A stretch of 64,000 bases of DNA from assembly GCA_040954595.2 (NCBI GenBank), contig CM082596.2, positions 10,842,454 through 10,906,453 on the forward strand, read 5' to 3'. Shown one piece after another: positions 9,946-24,700 of the stretch (position 1 is the stretch's first letter; every line of letters starts with the position of its first letter). The notes beneath the pieces were generated by a model. That model was not told the DNA's origin and did no database searches. It worked only from the letters and a program-made list of their open reading frames with translations. The translations under genes were made by a program, and so were the position numbers. Source of the DNA: Balanoglossus misakiensis (Eukaryota > Animalia > Hemichordata).

Positions 9946-12757
9946 TTACAGGTCATAGTGAAAATTGGTGAAGTATGTGACTGGCACTGCCACCTCTATC
10001 ACACGCAGACTATTGGTTAACTCATGAAATTCAAAACTGTGATGCTGAGAAATGTGCCATCTGCTTAAATGGTCATCTAAGCAATTATCCTGACCCTGAA
10101 TATGCACTGCTTTGAGTTCAAAACTATTGAGTGCGGACACTAACCATAACTCTCGTAAATATTGAAGCATATGGAGGTCTCCTGAGCGACCGGAATTAAT
10201 GACAGTGACTGTTGCCATATTATCGCAAAACACCTGAATGCGCTGGCCTTTCCACAGATGGCTCCACAGATGACACGCAACAAGCACTGTTAAAAGTTCT
10301 AACGCATTAATATGTAAACCCTGACTAATAACAGGTAAAGGAAATTCTGTGTGAAAATACAGTCCTTGAGAAAAGCCCCGCAGCCTGAGAGGCAGGCGTC
10401 AGTAGAAAAAAACGGCATCTGGTGTACTCCATCTAGAAGCTGGGATAACAGATACTCCGTTGTATAATGGTAAAAAGGTACGCCACCAAACTAAGTCAGC
10501 GAAGAATTGCGAATCTAAAAAAATGCGAGGTGATTTAAACTGCTGTCTAAGTAACTGTAACATACGGGAGAAAAACACTCGTCCTGAGCGGACACATGTG
10601 GCAACTGAGTTAAGCTTGCCTAACAAAGACTGAAATTGACGCTTGGGAACAGAGGCTTTTGTGTCCCACTCATCAAGCTCTGTGAGCAGGATGAATAACT
10701 TGTGTGCAGGAATGCGCATGGTCATAGACACAGTGTCGAATTCAATACCGAGAAAAACCATGCAAGTGGACGGCGCTACTGCTTTATCCTGCGCCTCCTA
10801 GACCAAGCTGTGATAAAAGTCTACCAAGGGATTCAAAGGCTGCCATGGCTTTGTCTGGCGCCTCTGCACCCCCAAAATCATCTAAATAATTGATGCCAGC
10901 GTAACCATTCTGTCTAAATAAATACATAACTGCACTTGTGGTACGTTGGCAGGCTTATGCAGCAGAGCGAAGCCCGAAGGGAAAATCAAGATCAAAGAAG
11001 AATAAATGATGCCATGAAAAACCAAGGAGATTATAATCTCGTGGGTCAATGAAAATTTGCCGATATGCTCGGCGTAAGTCTCTCTTGTATAACAGGCAAC
11101 CGGGTCCTTTGTCCTGAATAATTTGTTTGAAATGGTCTAAAGATGGGTACGACAGTTTTATGTGATAACCATCATAAAAGTCTGAAGAGATTCCGTCATT
11201 GACGGTGTTTCGTTGGTGTTCCGAAAAGCTGAGGTCCATGACTACGCGACGGCGTGGAGACTCCTTTTTGGGCACAGTTTGAAGTGGAGACACCACGAAC
11301 CCGTGAGGAAATGGGCTGGTTGTGAAAGGTCCGGCTGTGGCCCCAGCGGCGACTTCAGTGCTGATGAAGTGGTCCACATCGTTGGGAAACATCAAGGCCG
11401 AAGGGTGATTACGAATGTCGACGACCGGTAACGTGTCACGGGTATAACCGATAGGCCAGCGAAAAGGGTGATAGTCACAAATGATATTGTCAGCATAATG
11501 TGCCAGCAGTGATCTCCATAAAGGCAACACTAATTTAGTCGGAACGGGATATTTGAGTCCTTGGTAGTTTGGTAACCCGGATGTAGAGACTTGTGCATAC
11601 AACACACAAATATTGGCTAAAGAAAATTCCGATGAGGGAGACGTGCTCGACTGAATGTTTAAATACCGCGATGTCAGAGGCGAAGCTGAAATCGGAGGAA
11701 TTGTTACAATGTTTGAAGTGGACGAGGACGGTGGGTCATCGTTCGCTGTGTGAGACACAATGTCGGAGGATGCGGCTGTATGGCCTGAGATACATAAAGG
11801 GCGTGGTGTATGGGACCAGGGAGCCCGAATGTTAGCGTTGGACGGTAACCGAGCGCTAGAAAATTCTTCTGATGCAGAAGTGTACGGAATGTTCTGTGAG
11901 GAAGAGACGGAACACAATGTAGTCTCTGTGAACATGGGATTCAACCCAACAACTGAAGTTAAGTCCGAATTAGATCTATTACTATTGGGGCTGTCATTCT
12001 TCTTGCTGGTGGCGAGGTGGCAATCTTTGCCGCTGTGAGATGTGGCTGTGTTGTTAATTTCGAAACAGCGATATCAGATGTGACGTCTAAAACACTTGTC
12101 GCCCCATTCGCATGTCTGGAAGTTGTACTTGTAACAAATGTCGCTCTTCTTGTCGGCCTGTTTCTTGCCGCTATCAGTGCCTTGTTTGACAGATTTCAGG
12201 GTGTCGGGTGAGAGAAGTTCTTTTTCATAACGGTCGAAGCAGTCTTGCCAACGTAGTTCTGCGCTTTGTATCTTTTCTAAGATGGTACCTTGGAAATTCA
12301 GTACGACTAACCAATCGTACTTATGAGCGAGTCTCATTAATTTCTGGAGATGCAGTAATCTGGGAGCGCGTTCCTCAGACGAGATGGGCAGGTAGACGGA
12401 GTTGATTATTTCTAATTCGCCTCTGAATAGTTGTGCGATGGTTAAGTTGTCGAATTTGGGGACTTTTCCTCCTTTTTCGCGAGGTAGGCGCAAATGTGGC
12501 CATTTCACTTTGGATTCATCTGCGGAGCTGGGGGCTTGAGTGTCACGAAGGGACTTTCCTAGCTTACCTTGATTAGCGGCTGGGTTTTGACGAAGGATTT
12601 CCAGTGTTGGTGGACAGCCGTTGCCCGACGATAAACGGATCGATGGAGGCGGTTGCATGGGACTTGTGGTGGCATCCTGCACTCGGAGGGCGGCAAGTTC
12701 GTGTTCTAGTTCTGAGATGCGGGAGCGGGTCTGTAATACACGCTGCTCTCGTTCCAA
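9946..12757 (-). pseudogene. Gag-RT-RNase H polyprotein of element 1 (stops and frameshifts)
   Basis: Gag CYKYNFQTC...CFRRHI*YRC...HSGKDC reads in frame into the 10955-11944 ORF. RT motifs DLRRAYRQI, FPFGLRSAA and NYLDDFGG (~10880). RNase H motifs STDAC, INALELL and FCDNMATV. Confidence 0.9.
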
Positions 12758-15700
12758 AACAAAGCCTTGAAACTATACATAAGTCTTTTTAGTAAAACAT
12801 ATCCATTTATGTGACCATTCTTTGAATTCCATTTATGATGTAAGAAATTAAATTATTTGCAATATTAATCTATCCCTTACAACATTCCAGCATAACTCTT
12901 TCCATATTTGTTTTCAGTCTGTGACTGTTCCACTTAAATCTTGGAGAGAATTCGTTATTCCAAAACAAAGCCTTGAAACTATACATATCCTGTTACATGA
13001 CCTTTCTTTGAATTCCATTTATGATGTAAGAAATTAAATTTTTTGCAATATTAATCTATCCCTTACAACATTCCGGCATAACTTTTTCCATATTTGTTTT
13101 CATTCTGTGACTGTTCCACTTAAATCTTGTAGAGAATTCGTTATTCCAAAACAAAGCCTTCAAACTATACATATCCTGTTACGTGACGTTTCTTTGAATT
13201 CCATTTATGATGTAAGAAATTAAATTATTTGCAATATTAATCTATCCCTTACAACATTCCGGCATAACGCTTTCTATATTTGTTTTCATTCTGTGACTGT
13301 TACACTTAAATCTTGTAGAGAATTCGTTATTCCAAAACAAAGCCTTCAAACTATACATATTAAGTCTTTTTAGTAAAACATGGCCCGTTATTTGACCATT
13401 CTTTGAATTCCATTTATGATGTAAGAAATTAAATTATTTGCAATATTAATCTATCCCTTACAACATTCCAGCATAACTATTTCAATATTTGTTTTCATTC
13501 TGTAACTGTTCCACTTAAATCTTGTAGAGAATTCGTTATTCCAAAACAAAGCCTTGAAACTATACATAAGTCTTTTTGTAAAACATGGCCCGTTATGTGA
13601 CCATTCTTTGAATTCCATTTATGATGTAAGAAATTAATTTATTTGCAATATTAATCTATCCCTTACAACATTCCGGCATAACGCTTTCTATATTTGTTTT
13701 CATTCTGTGACTGTTACACTTAAATCTTGTAGAGAATTCGTTATTCCAAAACAAAGCCTTCAAACTATACATATTAAGTCTTTTTAGTAAAACATGGCCC
13801 GTTATTTGACCATTCTTTGAATTTCATTTATGATGTAAGAAATTAAATTATTTGCAATATTAAACTATCCCTTACAACATTCCAGCATAACTATTTGAAT
13901 ATTTGTTTTCATTCTATAACTGTTCCACTTAAATCTTGGAGAGAATTCGTTATTCCAAAACAAAGCCTTGAAACTATATATAAGTATTTTTAGTAAAACA
14001 TGGCCCATGATTTGACCATTCTTTGAATTTCATTTATGATGTAAGAAATTAAATTATTTGCAATATTAATCTATCCCTTACAACATTCCGGCATAATTCT
14101 TTGTATATTTGTTTTCAGTCTGTGACTGTTCCACTTAAATCTTGTAGAGAATTTGGTATTTCAACACAAATTCTTGAACCTATACATAAGTCTTTTTAGT
14201 AAAACATATCCAGTTATGTGACCATTCTTTGAATTCCATTTATGATGTAAGAAATTAAATTTTATGCAATATTAAACTATCCCTTACAACATTCCAGCAT
14301 AACTATTTGAATATTTGTTTTCATTCTGTAACTGTTCACCTTAAATCTTGTAGAGAATTCGTTATTCCAAAACAAACCCTTGAAACTATACATGTTTTTT
14401 TAGTAAAACATGGCCCGTTATGTGACCATTCTTTGAATTCCATTTATGATTTAAGAAATTAAATTATTTGCAATATTAATCTATCCCTTACAACATTCCG
14501 GCATAACGCTTTCCATATTTGTTTTCATTCTGTGACTGTTCCACTTAAATCTTGTAGAGAATTCGTTATTCCAAAACAAAGCCTTGAAACTATACATAAG
14601 TCTTTTTTTGTAAAACATGGCCCGTTATGTGACCATTCTTTGAATTCATTTTATGATGTAAGAAATTAAATTATTTGCAATATTAATCTATCCCTTAGAA
14701 CATTCCGGCATAACTCTTTCTATATTTGTTTTCATTCTGTAACTGTTCCACTTAAATCTCGGAGAGAATTCGTTATTCCAAAACAAAGCCGTGAAACTAT
14801 ACATAAGTCTTTTTAGTAAAACATGGACCGTTATGTGACCATTCTTTGAATTCCATTTATGATGTAAGAAATTAAATTATTTGCAATATTAATCTATCCC
14901 TTACAACATTCCGACATAACTGTTTTCATATTAGTTTTCATTTTGTGACTGTTCCACTTAAATCTTGTAGAGAATTCATTATTCCAAAACAAAGCCTTGA
15001 AACTATACATAAGTCTTTTTAGTAAAACATAGCCTGTTATTTGACCATTCTTTGAATTTCATTTATGATGTAAGAAATTAAATTATTTGCAATATTAATC
15101 TATCCCTTACAACATTCCAGCATAACTATTTGAATATTTGTTTTCATTCTGTAACTGTTCAACTTAAATCTTGGAGAGAATTCGTTATTCCAAAACAAAG
15201 CCTTAAAACTATACATAAGTCTTATTTAGTAAAACATGGCCCGTTATGTGACCATTCTTTGAATTCCCTTTATGATGTAAGAAATTAAATTATTTGCAAT
15301 AGTAAAATATCCCTTACAACATTCCGACATAACTCTTTCCATATTTGTTTTCATTCTGTGACTGTTCCACTTAAATCTTGTAGAGAATTCGTTATTCCAA
15401 AACAAAGCCTTGAAACTATACATAAGTCTTTTTAGTAAAACATAGCCCGTTATTTGACCATTCTTTGAATTTCATTTATGATGTAAGAAATTAAATTATT
15501 TGCATTATTAATCTATCCCTTACAACATTCCGGCATAACGCTTTCCATATTTGTTTTCATTCTGTGACTGTTCCACTTAAATCTTGTAGAGAATTCGTTA
15601 TTCCAAAACAAAGCCTTGAACCTATACATTAGTCTTTTTAGTAAAACATATCCAGTTATGTGACCATTCTTTGAATTCCATTTATGATGTAAGAAATTAA

Positions 15701-18700
15701 ATTTTATGCAATATTAATCTATCCCTTACAACATTTCAGCATAACTCTTTCCATATTTGTTTTCATTCTGTGACTGTGCCACTTAAGTCTTGTAGAGAAT
15801 TCGTTATTCCAAAACAAAGCCTTGAAACTATACATATCCTGTTACGTGACGTTTCTTTGAATTCCATTTATGATGTAAGAAATTAAATTATTTGCAATAT
15901 TAATCTATTCCCTACAACATTCCGGCATAACTCTTTCCATATTTGTTTTCATTCTGTAACTGTTACACTTAAATCTTGTAGAGAATTCGTTATTCCAAAA
16001 CAAAGCCTTCAAACTATACATATTAAGTCTTTTTAGTAAAACATGGCCCGTTATTTGACCATTCTTTGAATTTCATTTATGATGTAAGAAATTAAATTAT
16101 TTGCAATATATAACTATTCCTTACAACATTCCAACATAACTCTTTCCATATTTGTTTTCATTGTGTAACTGTTCCACTTAAATCTTGTAGAGAATTCGTT
16201 ATTCCAAAACAAAGCCTTGAAACTATAACATAAGTCTTTTTAGTAAAACATATCCAGTTATGTGACCATTCTTTGAATTCATTTTATGATGTAAGAATTT
16301 AAATTATTTGCAATATTAATCTATCCCTTACAACATTCCAGCATAACTCTTTCCATATTTGTTTTCATTCTGTGACTGTTCCACTTAAATATTGTAGAGA
16401 ATTCGTTATTCCAAAACAAAGCCTTGAAACTATACATCAGTCTTTTCGTAAAACATGGCCCGTTATGTGACCATTCTTTGAATTCCATTTATGATGGAAG
16501 AAATTAAATTATTTGCAATATTAATCCATCCCTTACAACATTCCAGCATAACTATTTGAATATTTGTTTTCATTCTGTAACTGTTCACCTTAAATCTTGT
16601 AGAGAATTCGTTATTCCAAAACAAACCCTTGAAACTATACATGTTTTTTTAGTAAAACATGGCCCGTTATGTGACCATTCTTTGAATTCATTTTATGATG
16701 TAAGAAATTAAATTATTTGCAATATTAATCTATCCCTTAGAACATTCCGGCATAACTCTTTCTATATTTGTTTTCATTCTGTAACTGTTCCACTTAAATC
16801 TCGGAGAGAATTCGTTATTCCAAAACAAAGCCGTGAAACTATACATAAGTCTTTTTAGTAAAACATGGACTGTTATGTGACCATTCTTTGAATTCCATTT
16901 ATGATGTAAGAAATTAAATTATTTGCAATATTAATCTATCCCTTACAACATTCCGACATAACTGTTTTCATATTAGTTTTCATTTTGTGACTGTTCCACT
17001 TAAATCTTGTAGAGAATTCATTATTCCAAAACAAAGCCTTGAAACTATACATAAGTCTTTTTAGTAAAACATAGCCTGTTATTTGACCATTCTTTGAATT
17101 TCATTTATGATGTAAGAAATTAAATTATTTGCAATATTAATCTATCCCTTACAACATTCCAGCATAACTATTTGAATATTTGTTTTCATTCTGTAACTGT
17201 TCAACTTAAATCTTGGAGAGAATTCGTTATTCCAAAACAAAGCCTTAAAACTATACATAAGTCTTATTTAGTAAAACATGGCCCGTTATGTGACCATTCT
17301 TTGAATTCCCTTTATGATGTAAGAAATTAAATTATTTGCAATAGTAAAATATCCCTTACAACATTCCGACATAACTCTTTCCATATTTGTTTTCATTCTG
17401 TGACTGTTCCACTTAAATCTTGTAGAGAATTCGTTATTCCAAAACAAAGCCTTGAAACTATACATAAGTCTTTTTAGTAAACATAGCCCGTTATTTGACC
17501 ATTCTTTGAATTTCATTTATGATGTAAGAAATTAAATTATTTGCATTATTAATCTATCCCTTACAACATTCCGGCATAACGCTTTCCATATTTGTTTTCA
17601 TTCTGTGACTGTTCCACTTAAATCTTGTAGAGAATTCGTTATTCCAAAACAAAGCCTTGAACCTATACATTAGTCTTTTTAGTAAAACATATCCAGTTAT
17701 GTGACCATTCTTTGAATTCCATTTATGATGTAAGAAATTAAATTTTATGCAATATTAATCTATCCCTTACAACATTTCAGCATAACTCTTTCCATATTTG
17801 TTTTCATTCTGCGACTGTGCCACTTAAGTCTTGTAGAGAATTCGTTATTCCAAAACAAAGCCTTGAAACTATACATATCCTGTTACGTGACGTTTCTTTG
17901 AATTCCATTTATGATGTAAGAAATTAAATTATTTGCAATATTAATCTATTCCCTACAACATTCCGGCATAACTCTTTCCATATTTGTTTTCATTCTGTAA
18001 CTGTTACACTTAAATCTTGTAGAGAATTCGTTATTCCAAAACAAAGCCTTCAAACTATACATATTAAGTCTTTTTAGTAAAACATGGCCCGTTATTTGAC
18101 CATTCTTTGAATTTCATTTATGATGTAAGAAATTAAATTATTTGCAATATATAACTATCCCTTACAACATTCCAACATAACTCTTTCCATATTTGTTTTC
18201 ATTGTGTAACTGTTCCACTTAAATCTTGTAGAGAATTCGTTATTCCAAAACAAAGCCTTGAAACTATAACATAAGTCTTTTTAGTAAAACATATCCAGTT
18301 ATGTGACCATTCTTTGAATTCATTTTATGATGTAAGAATTTAAATTATTTGCAATATTAATCTATCCCTTACAACATTCCAGCATAACTCTTTCCATATT
18401 TGTTTTCATTCTGTGACTGTTCCACTTAAATATTGTAGAGAATTCGTTATTCCAAAACAAAGCCTTGAAACTATACATGTTTTTTTAGTAAAACATGGCC
18501 CGTTATGTGACCATTCTTTGAATTCCATTTATGATTTAAGAAATTAAATTATTTGAAATATTAATCTATCCCTTACAACATTACGGCATAACGCTTTCCA
18601 TATTTGTTTTCATTCTGTGACTGTTCCACTTAAATCTTGTAGAGAATTCGTTATTCCAAAACAAAGCCTTGAACCTATACATTAGTCTTTTTAGTAAAAC

Positions 18701-21700
18701 ATATCCAGTTATGTGACCATTCTTTGAATTCCATTTATGATGTAAGAAATTAAATTTTATGCAATATTAATCTATCCCTTACAACATTTCAGCATAACTC
18801 TTTCCATATTTGTTTTCATTCTGTGACTGTGCCACTTAAGTCTTGTAGAGAATTCGTTATTCCAAAACAAAGCCTTGAAACTATACATATCCTGTTACGT
18901 GACGTTTCTTTGAATTCCATTTATGATGTAAGAAATTAAATTATTTGCAATATTAATCTATTCCCTACAACATTCCAGCATAACTCTTTCCATATTTGTT
19001 TTCATTCTGTAACTGTTACACTTAAATCTTGTAGAGAATTCGTTATTCCAAAACAAAGCCTTCAAACTATACATATTAAGTCTTTTTAGTAAAACATGGC
19101 CCGTTATTTGACCATTCTTTGAATTTCATTTATGATGTAAGAAATTAAATTATTTGCAATATATAACTATCCCTTACAACATTCCAACATAACTCTTTCC
19201 ATATTTGTTTTCATTGTGTAACTGTTCCACTTAAATCTTGTAGAGAATTCGTTATTCCAAAACAAAGCCTTGAAACTATAACATAAGTCTTTTTAGTAAA
19301 ACATATCCAGTTATGTGACCATTCTTTGAATTCATTTTATGATGTAAGAATTTAAATTATTTGCAATATTAATCTATCCCTTACAACATTCCAGCATAAC
19401 TCTTTCCATATTTGTTTTCATTCTGTGACTGTTCCACTTAAATCTTGTACAGAATTCGTTATTCCAAAACAAAGCCTTGAAACTATACATCAGTCTTTTT
19501 GTAAAACATGGCCCGTTATGTGACCATTCTTTGAATTCCATTTATGATGGAAGAAATTAAATTATTTGCAATATTAATCTATCCCTTACAACATTCCAGC
19601 ATAACTATTTGAATATTTGTTTTCATTCTGTAACTGTTCACCTTAAATCTTGTAGAGAATTCGTTATTCCAAAACAAACCCTTGAAACTATACATGTTTT
19701 TTTAGTAAAACATGGCCCGTTATGTGACCATTCTTTGAATTCCATTTATGATTTAAGAAATTAAATTATTTGAAATATTAATCTATCCCTTACAACATTA
19801 CGGCATAACGCTTTCCATATTTGTTTTCATTCTGTGACTGTTCCACTTATATCTTGTAGAGAATTCGTTATTCCAAAACAAAGCCTTGAAACTATACATA
19901 AGTCTTTTTTTTGTAAAACATGGCCCGTTATGTGACCATTCTTTGAATTCATTTTATGATTTAAGAAATTAAATTATTTGCAATATTAATCTATCCCTTA
20001 GAACATTCCGGCATAACTCTTTCTATATTTGTTTTCATTCTGTAACTGTTCCACTTAAATCTCGGAGAGAATTCGTTATTCCAAAACAAAGCCGTGAAAC
20101 TATACATAAGTCTTTTTAGTAAAACATGGCCCGTTATGTGACCATTCTTTGAATTCCATTTATGATGTAAGAAATTAAATTATTTGCAATATTAATCTAT
20201 CCCTTACAACATTCCGACATAACTGTTTTCATATTAGTTTTCATTTTGTGACTGTTCCACTTAAATCTTGTAGAGAATTCATTATTCCAAAACAAAGCCT
20301 TGAAACTATACATAAGTCTTTTTAGTAAAACATAGCCTGTTATTTGACCATTCTTTGAATTTCATTTATGATGTAAGAAATTAAATTATTTGCAATATTA
20401 ATCTATCCCTTAAAACATTCCAGCATAACTATTTGAATATTTGTTTTCATTCTGTAACTGTTCAACTTAAATCTTGGAGAGAATTAGTTATTCCAAAACA
20501 AAGCCTTAAAACTAGACATAAGTCTTATTTAGTAAAACATGGCCCGTTATGTGACCATTCTTTGAATTCCCTTTATGATGTAAGAAATTAAATTGTTTGC
20601 AATATTAATCTATCCCTTACAACATTCCGGCATAACGCTTTCCATATTTGTTTTCATTCTGTGACTGTTGCATTTAAATCTTGTAGAGAATTTTTTTATT
20701 CCAAAACAAAGCCTTGAAACTATACATACGTCTTTTTAGTAAAACATGGCCCGTTATTTGACCATTCTTTGAATTTCATTGATGATGTAAGAAATTAAAT
20801 TATTTGCAATAGTAAAATATCCCTTACAACATTCCGACATAACTCTTTCCATATTTGTTTTCATTCTGTGACTGTTCCACTTAAATCTTGTAGAGAATTC
20901 GTTATTCCAAAACAAAGCCTTGAAACTATACATAAGTCTTTTTAGTAAAACATAGCCCGTTATTTGACCATTCTTTGAATTTCATTTATGATGTAAGAAA
21001 TTAAATTATTTGCATTATTAATCTATCCCTTACAACATTCCGGCATAACGCTTTCCATATTTGTTTTCATTCTGTGACTGTTCCACTTAAATCTTGTAGA
21101 GAATTCGTTATTCCAAAACAAAGCCTTGAACCTATACATTAGTCTTTTTAGTAAAACATATCCAGTTATGTGACCATTCTTTGAATTCCATTTATGATGT
21201 AAGAAATTAAATTTTATGCAATATTAATCTATCCCTTACAACATTTCAGCATAACTCTTTCCATATTTGTTTTCATTCTGTGACTGTGCCACTTAAATCT
21301 TGTAGAGAATTCGTTATTCCAAAACAAAGCCTTGAAACTATACATATCCTGTTACGTGACGTTTCTTTGAATTCCATTTATGATGTAAGAAATTAAATTA
21401 TTTGCAATATTAATCTATTCCCTACAACATTCCGGCATAACTCTTTCCATATTTGTTTTCATTCTGTAACTGTTACACTTAAATCTTGTAGAGAATTCGT
21501 TATTCCAAAACAAAGCCTTCAAACTATACATATTAAGTCTTTTTAGTAAAACATGGCCCGTTATTTGACCATTCTTTGAATTTCATTTATGATGTAAGAA
21601 ATTAAATTATTTGCAATATATAACAATCCCTTACAACATTCCAACATAACTCTTTCCATATTTGTTTTCATTGTGTAACTGTTCCACTTAAATCTTGTAG

Positions 21701-24700
21701 AGAATTCGTTATTCCAAAACAAAGCCTTGAAACTATAACATAAGTCTTTTTAGTAAAACATGGCCCGTTATGTGACCATTCTTTGAATTCCATTTATGAT
21801 GTAAGAAATTAAATTATTTGCAATATTAATCTATCCCTTACAACATTCCGACATAACTGTTTTCATATTAGTTTTCATTTTGTGACTGTTCCACTTAAAT
21901 CTTGTAGAGAATTCATTATTCCAAAACAAAGCCTTGAAAATATACATAAGTCTTTTTAGTAAAACATAGCCTGTTATTTGACCATTCTTTGAATTTCATT
22001 TATGATGTAAGAAATTAAATTATTTGCAATATTAATCTATCCCTTAAAACATTCCAGCATAACTATTTGAATATTTGTTTTCATTCTGTAACTGTTCAAC
22101 TTAAATCTTGGAGAGAATTCGTTATTCCAAAACAAAGCCTTAAAACTATACATAAGTCTTATTTAGTAAAACATGGCCCGTTATGTGACCATTTTTGAAT
22201 TCCCTTTATGATGTAAGAAATTAAATTGTTTGCAATATTAATCTATCCCTTACAACATTCCGGCATAACGCTTTCCATATTTGTTTTCATTCTGTGACTG
22301 TTGCACTTAAATCTTGTAGAGAATTTTTTTATTCCAAAACAAAGCCTTGAAACTATACATACGTCTTTTTAGTAAAACATGGCCCGTTATTTGACCATTC
22401 TTTGAATTTCATTGATGATGTAAGAAATTAAATTATTTGCAATAGTAAAATATCCCTTACAACATTCCGACATAACTCTTTCCATATTTGTTTTCATTCT
22501 GTGACTGTTCCACTTAAATCTTGTAGAGAATTCGTTATTCCAAAACAAACCCTTGAAACTATACATGTTTTTTTAGTAAAACATATCCAGTTATGTGACC
22601 ATTCTTTGAATTCCATTTATGATGTAAGAAATTAAATTTTATGCAATATTAATCTATCCCTTACAACATTTCAGCATAACTCTTTCCATATTTGTTTTCA
22701 TTCTGTGACTGTGCCACTTAAATCTTGTAGAGAATTCGTTATTCCAAAACAAAGCCTTGAAACTATACATATCCTGTTACGTGACGTTTCTTTGAATTCC
22801 ATTTATGATGTAAGAAATTAAATTATTTGCAATATTAATCTATTCCCTACAACATTCCGGCATAACTCTTTCCATATTTGTTTTCATTCTGTAACTGTTA
22901 CACTTAAATCTTGTAGAGAATTCGTTATTCCAAAACAAAGCCTTCAAACTATACATATTAAGTCTTTTTAGTAAAACATGGCCCGTTATTTGACCATTCT
23001 TTGAATTTCATTTATGATGTAAGAAATTAAATTATTTGCAATATATAACTATCCCTTACAACATTCCAACATAACTCTTTCCATATTTGTTTTCATTGTG
23101 TAACTGTTCCACTTAAATCTTGTAGAGAATTCGTTATTCCAAAACAAAGCCTTGAAACTATAACATAAGTCTTTTTAGTAAAACATATCCAGTTATGTGA
23201 CCATTCTTTGAATTCATTTTATGATGTAAGAATTTAAATTATTTGCAATATTAATCTATCCCTTACAACATTCCAGCATAACTCTTTCCATATTTGTTTT
23301 CATTCTGTGACTGTTCCACTTAAATCTTGTAGAGAATTCGTTATTCCAAAACAAAGCCTTGAAACTATACATCAGTCTTTTTGTAAAACATGGCCCGTTA
23401 TGTGACCATTCTTTGAATTCCATTTATGATGTAAGAAATTAAATTATTTGCAATATTAATCTATCCCTTACAACATTCCAGCATATCTCTTTCCATATTT
23501 GTTTTCATTCTGTGACTGTTCCACTTAAATCTTGTAGAGAATTCGTTATTCCAAAACAAAGCCTTGAAACTATAACATAAGTCTTTTTAGTAAAACATAT
23601 CCAGTTATGTGACCATTCTTTGAATTCCATTTATGATGTAAGAAATTAAATTTTATGCAATATTAATCTATCCCTTACAACATTTCAGCATAACTCTTTC
23701 CATATTTGTTTTTATTCTGTGACTGTGCCACTTAAATCTTGTAGAGAATTCGTTATTCCAAAACAAAGCCTTGAAACTATACATATCCTGTTACGTGACG
23801 TTTCTTTGAATTCCATTTATGATGTAAGAAATTAAATTATTTGCAATATTAATCTATTCCTTACAACATTCCGGCATAACTCTTTCCATATTTGTTTTCA
23901 TTCTGTAACTGTTACACTTAAATCTTGTAGAGAATTCGTTATTCCAAAACAAAGCCTTCAAACTATACATATTAAGTCTTTTTAGTAAAACATGGCCCGT
24001 TATTTGACCATTCTTTGAATTTCATTTATGATGTAAGAATTTAAATTATTTGCAATATTAATCTATCCCTTACAACATTCCAGCATAACTCTTTCCATAT
24101 TTGTTTTCATTCTGTGACTGTTCCACTTAAATCTTTTAGAGAATTCGTTATTCCAATACAAAGCCTTGAAACTATACATAAGTCTTTTTGTAAAACATGG
24201 CCCGTTATGTGACCATTCTTTGAATTCCATTTATGATGGAAGAAATTAAATTATTTGCAATATTAATATATCCCTTACAACATTCCAGCATATCTCTTTC
24301 CATATTTGTTTTCATTCTGTGACTGTTCCATTTGCAATATTAATCTATCCCTTATAACATTCCAGCATAACTCTTTCCATATTTGTTTTCATTCTGTGAC
24401 TGTTCCACTTAAATCCTGTAGAGAATTCGTTATTCCAAAACAAAGCCTTGTAACTATACATAAGTCTTTTTAGTAAAACATATCCTGTTATGTGACCATT
24501 CTTTGAATTCATTTTATGATGTAAGAAATTAAATTATTTGCAATATTAATCTATCCCTTACAACATTCCAGCATAACTCTTTCCATATTTGTTTTCATTC
24601 TGTGACTGTTCCACTTAAATCCTGTAGAGAATTCGTTATTCCAAAACAAAGCCTTGAAACTATACAAAAGTCTTTTTGTAAAACATGGCCCGTTATGTGA

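Larger units (their letters stand above)
8888..12757 (-). mobile_element. Degenerate Ngaro-type tyrosine-recombinase retrotransposon (DIRS order), 5'-truncated
   Basis: Gag zinc finger, RT, RNase H and YR in order, with no methyltransferase. Several stops and frameshifts. The terminal repeats could not be resolved. Confidence 0.9.

Noticed and set aside
12950-12970. CENP-B box-like ttcgttattccaaaac in the monomer
   Set aside because: Only the TTCG part matches; the CGGG half of the box is absent.
17286-17516. ORFs within the satellite (also 56778-56993 and 63740-63943)
   Set aside because: They open only where a chance substitution or indel removes a stop; the 206-bp monomer does not keep frame.
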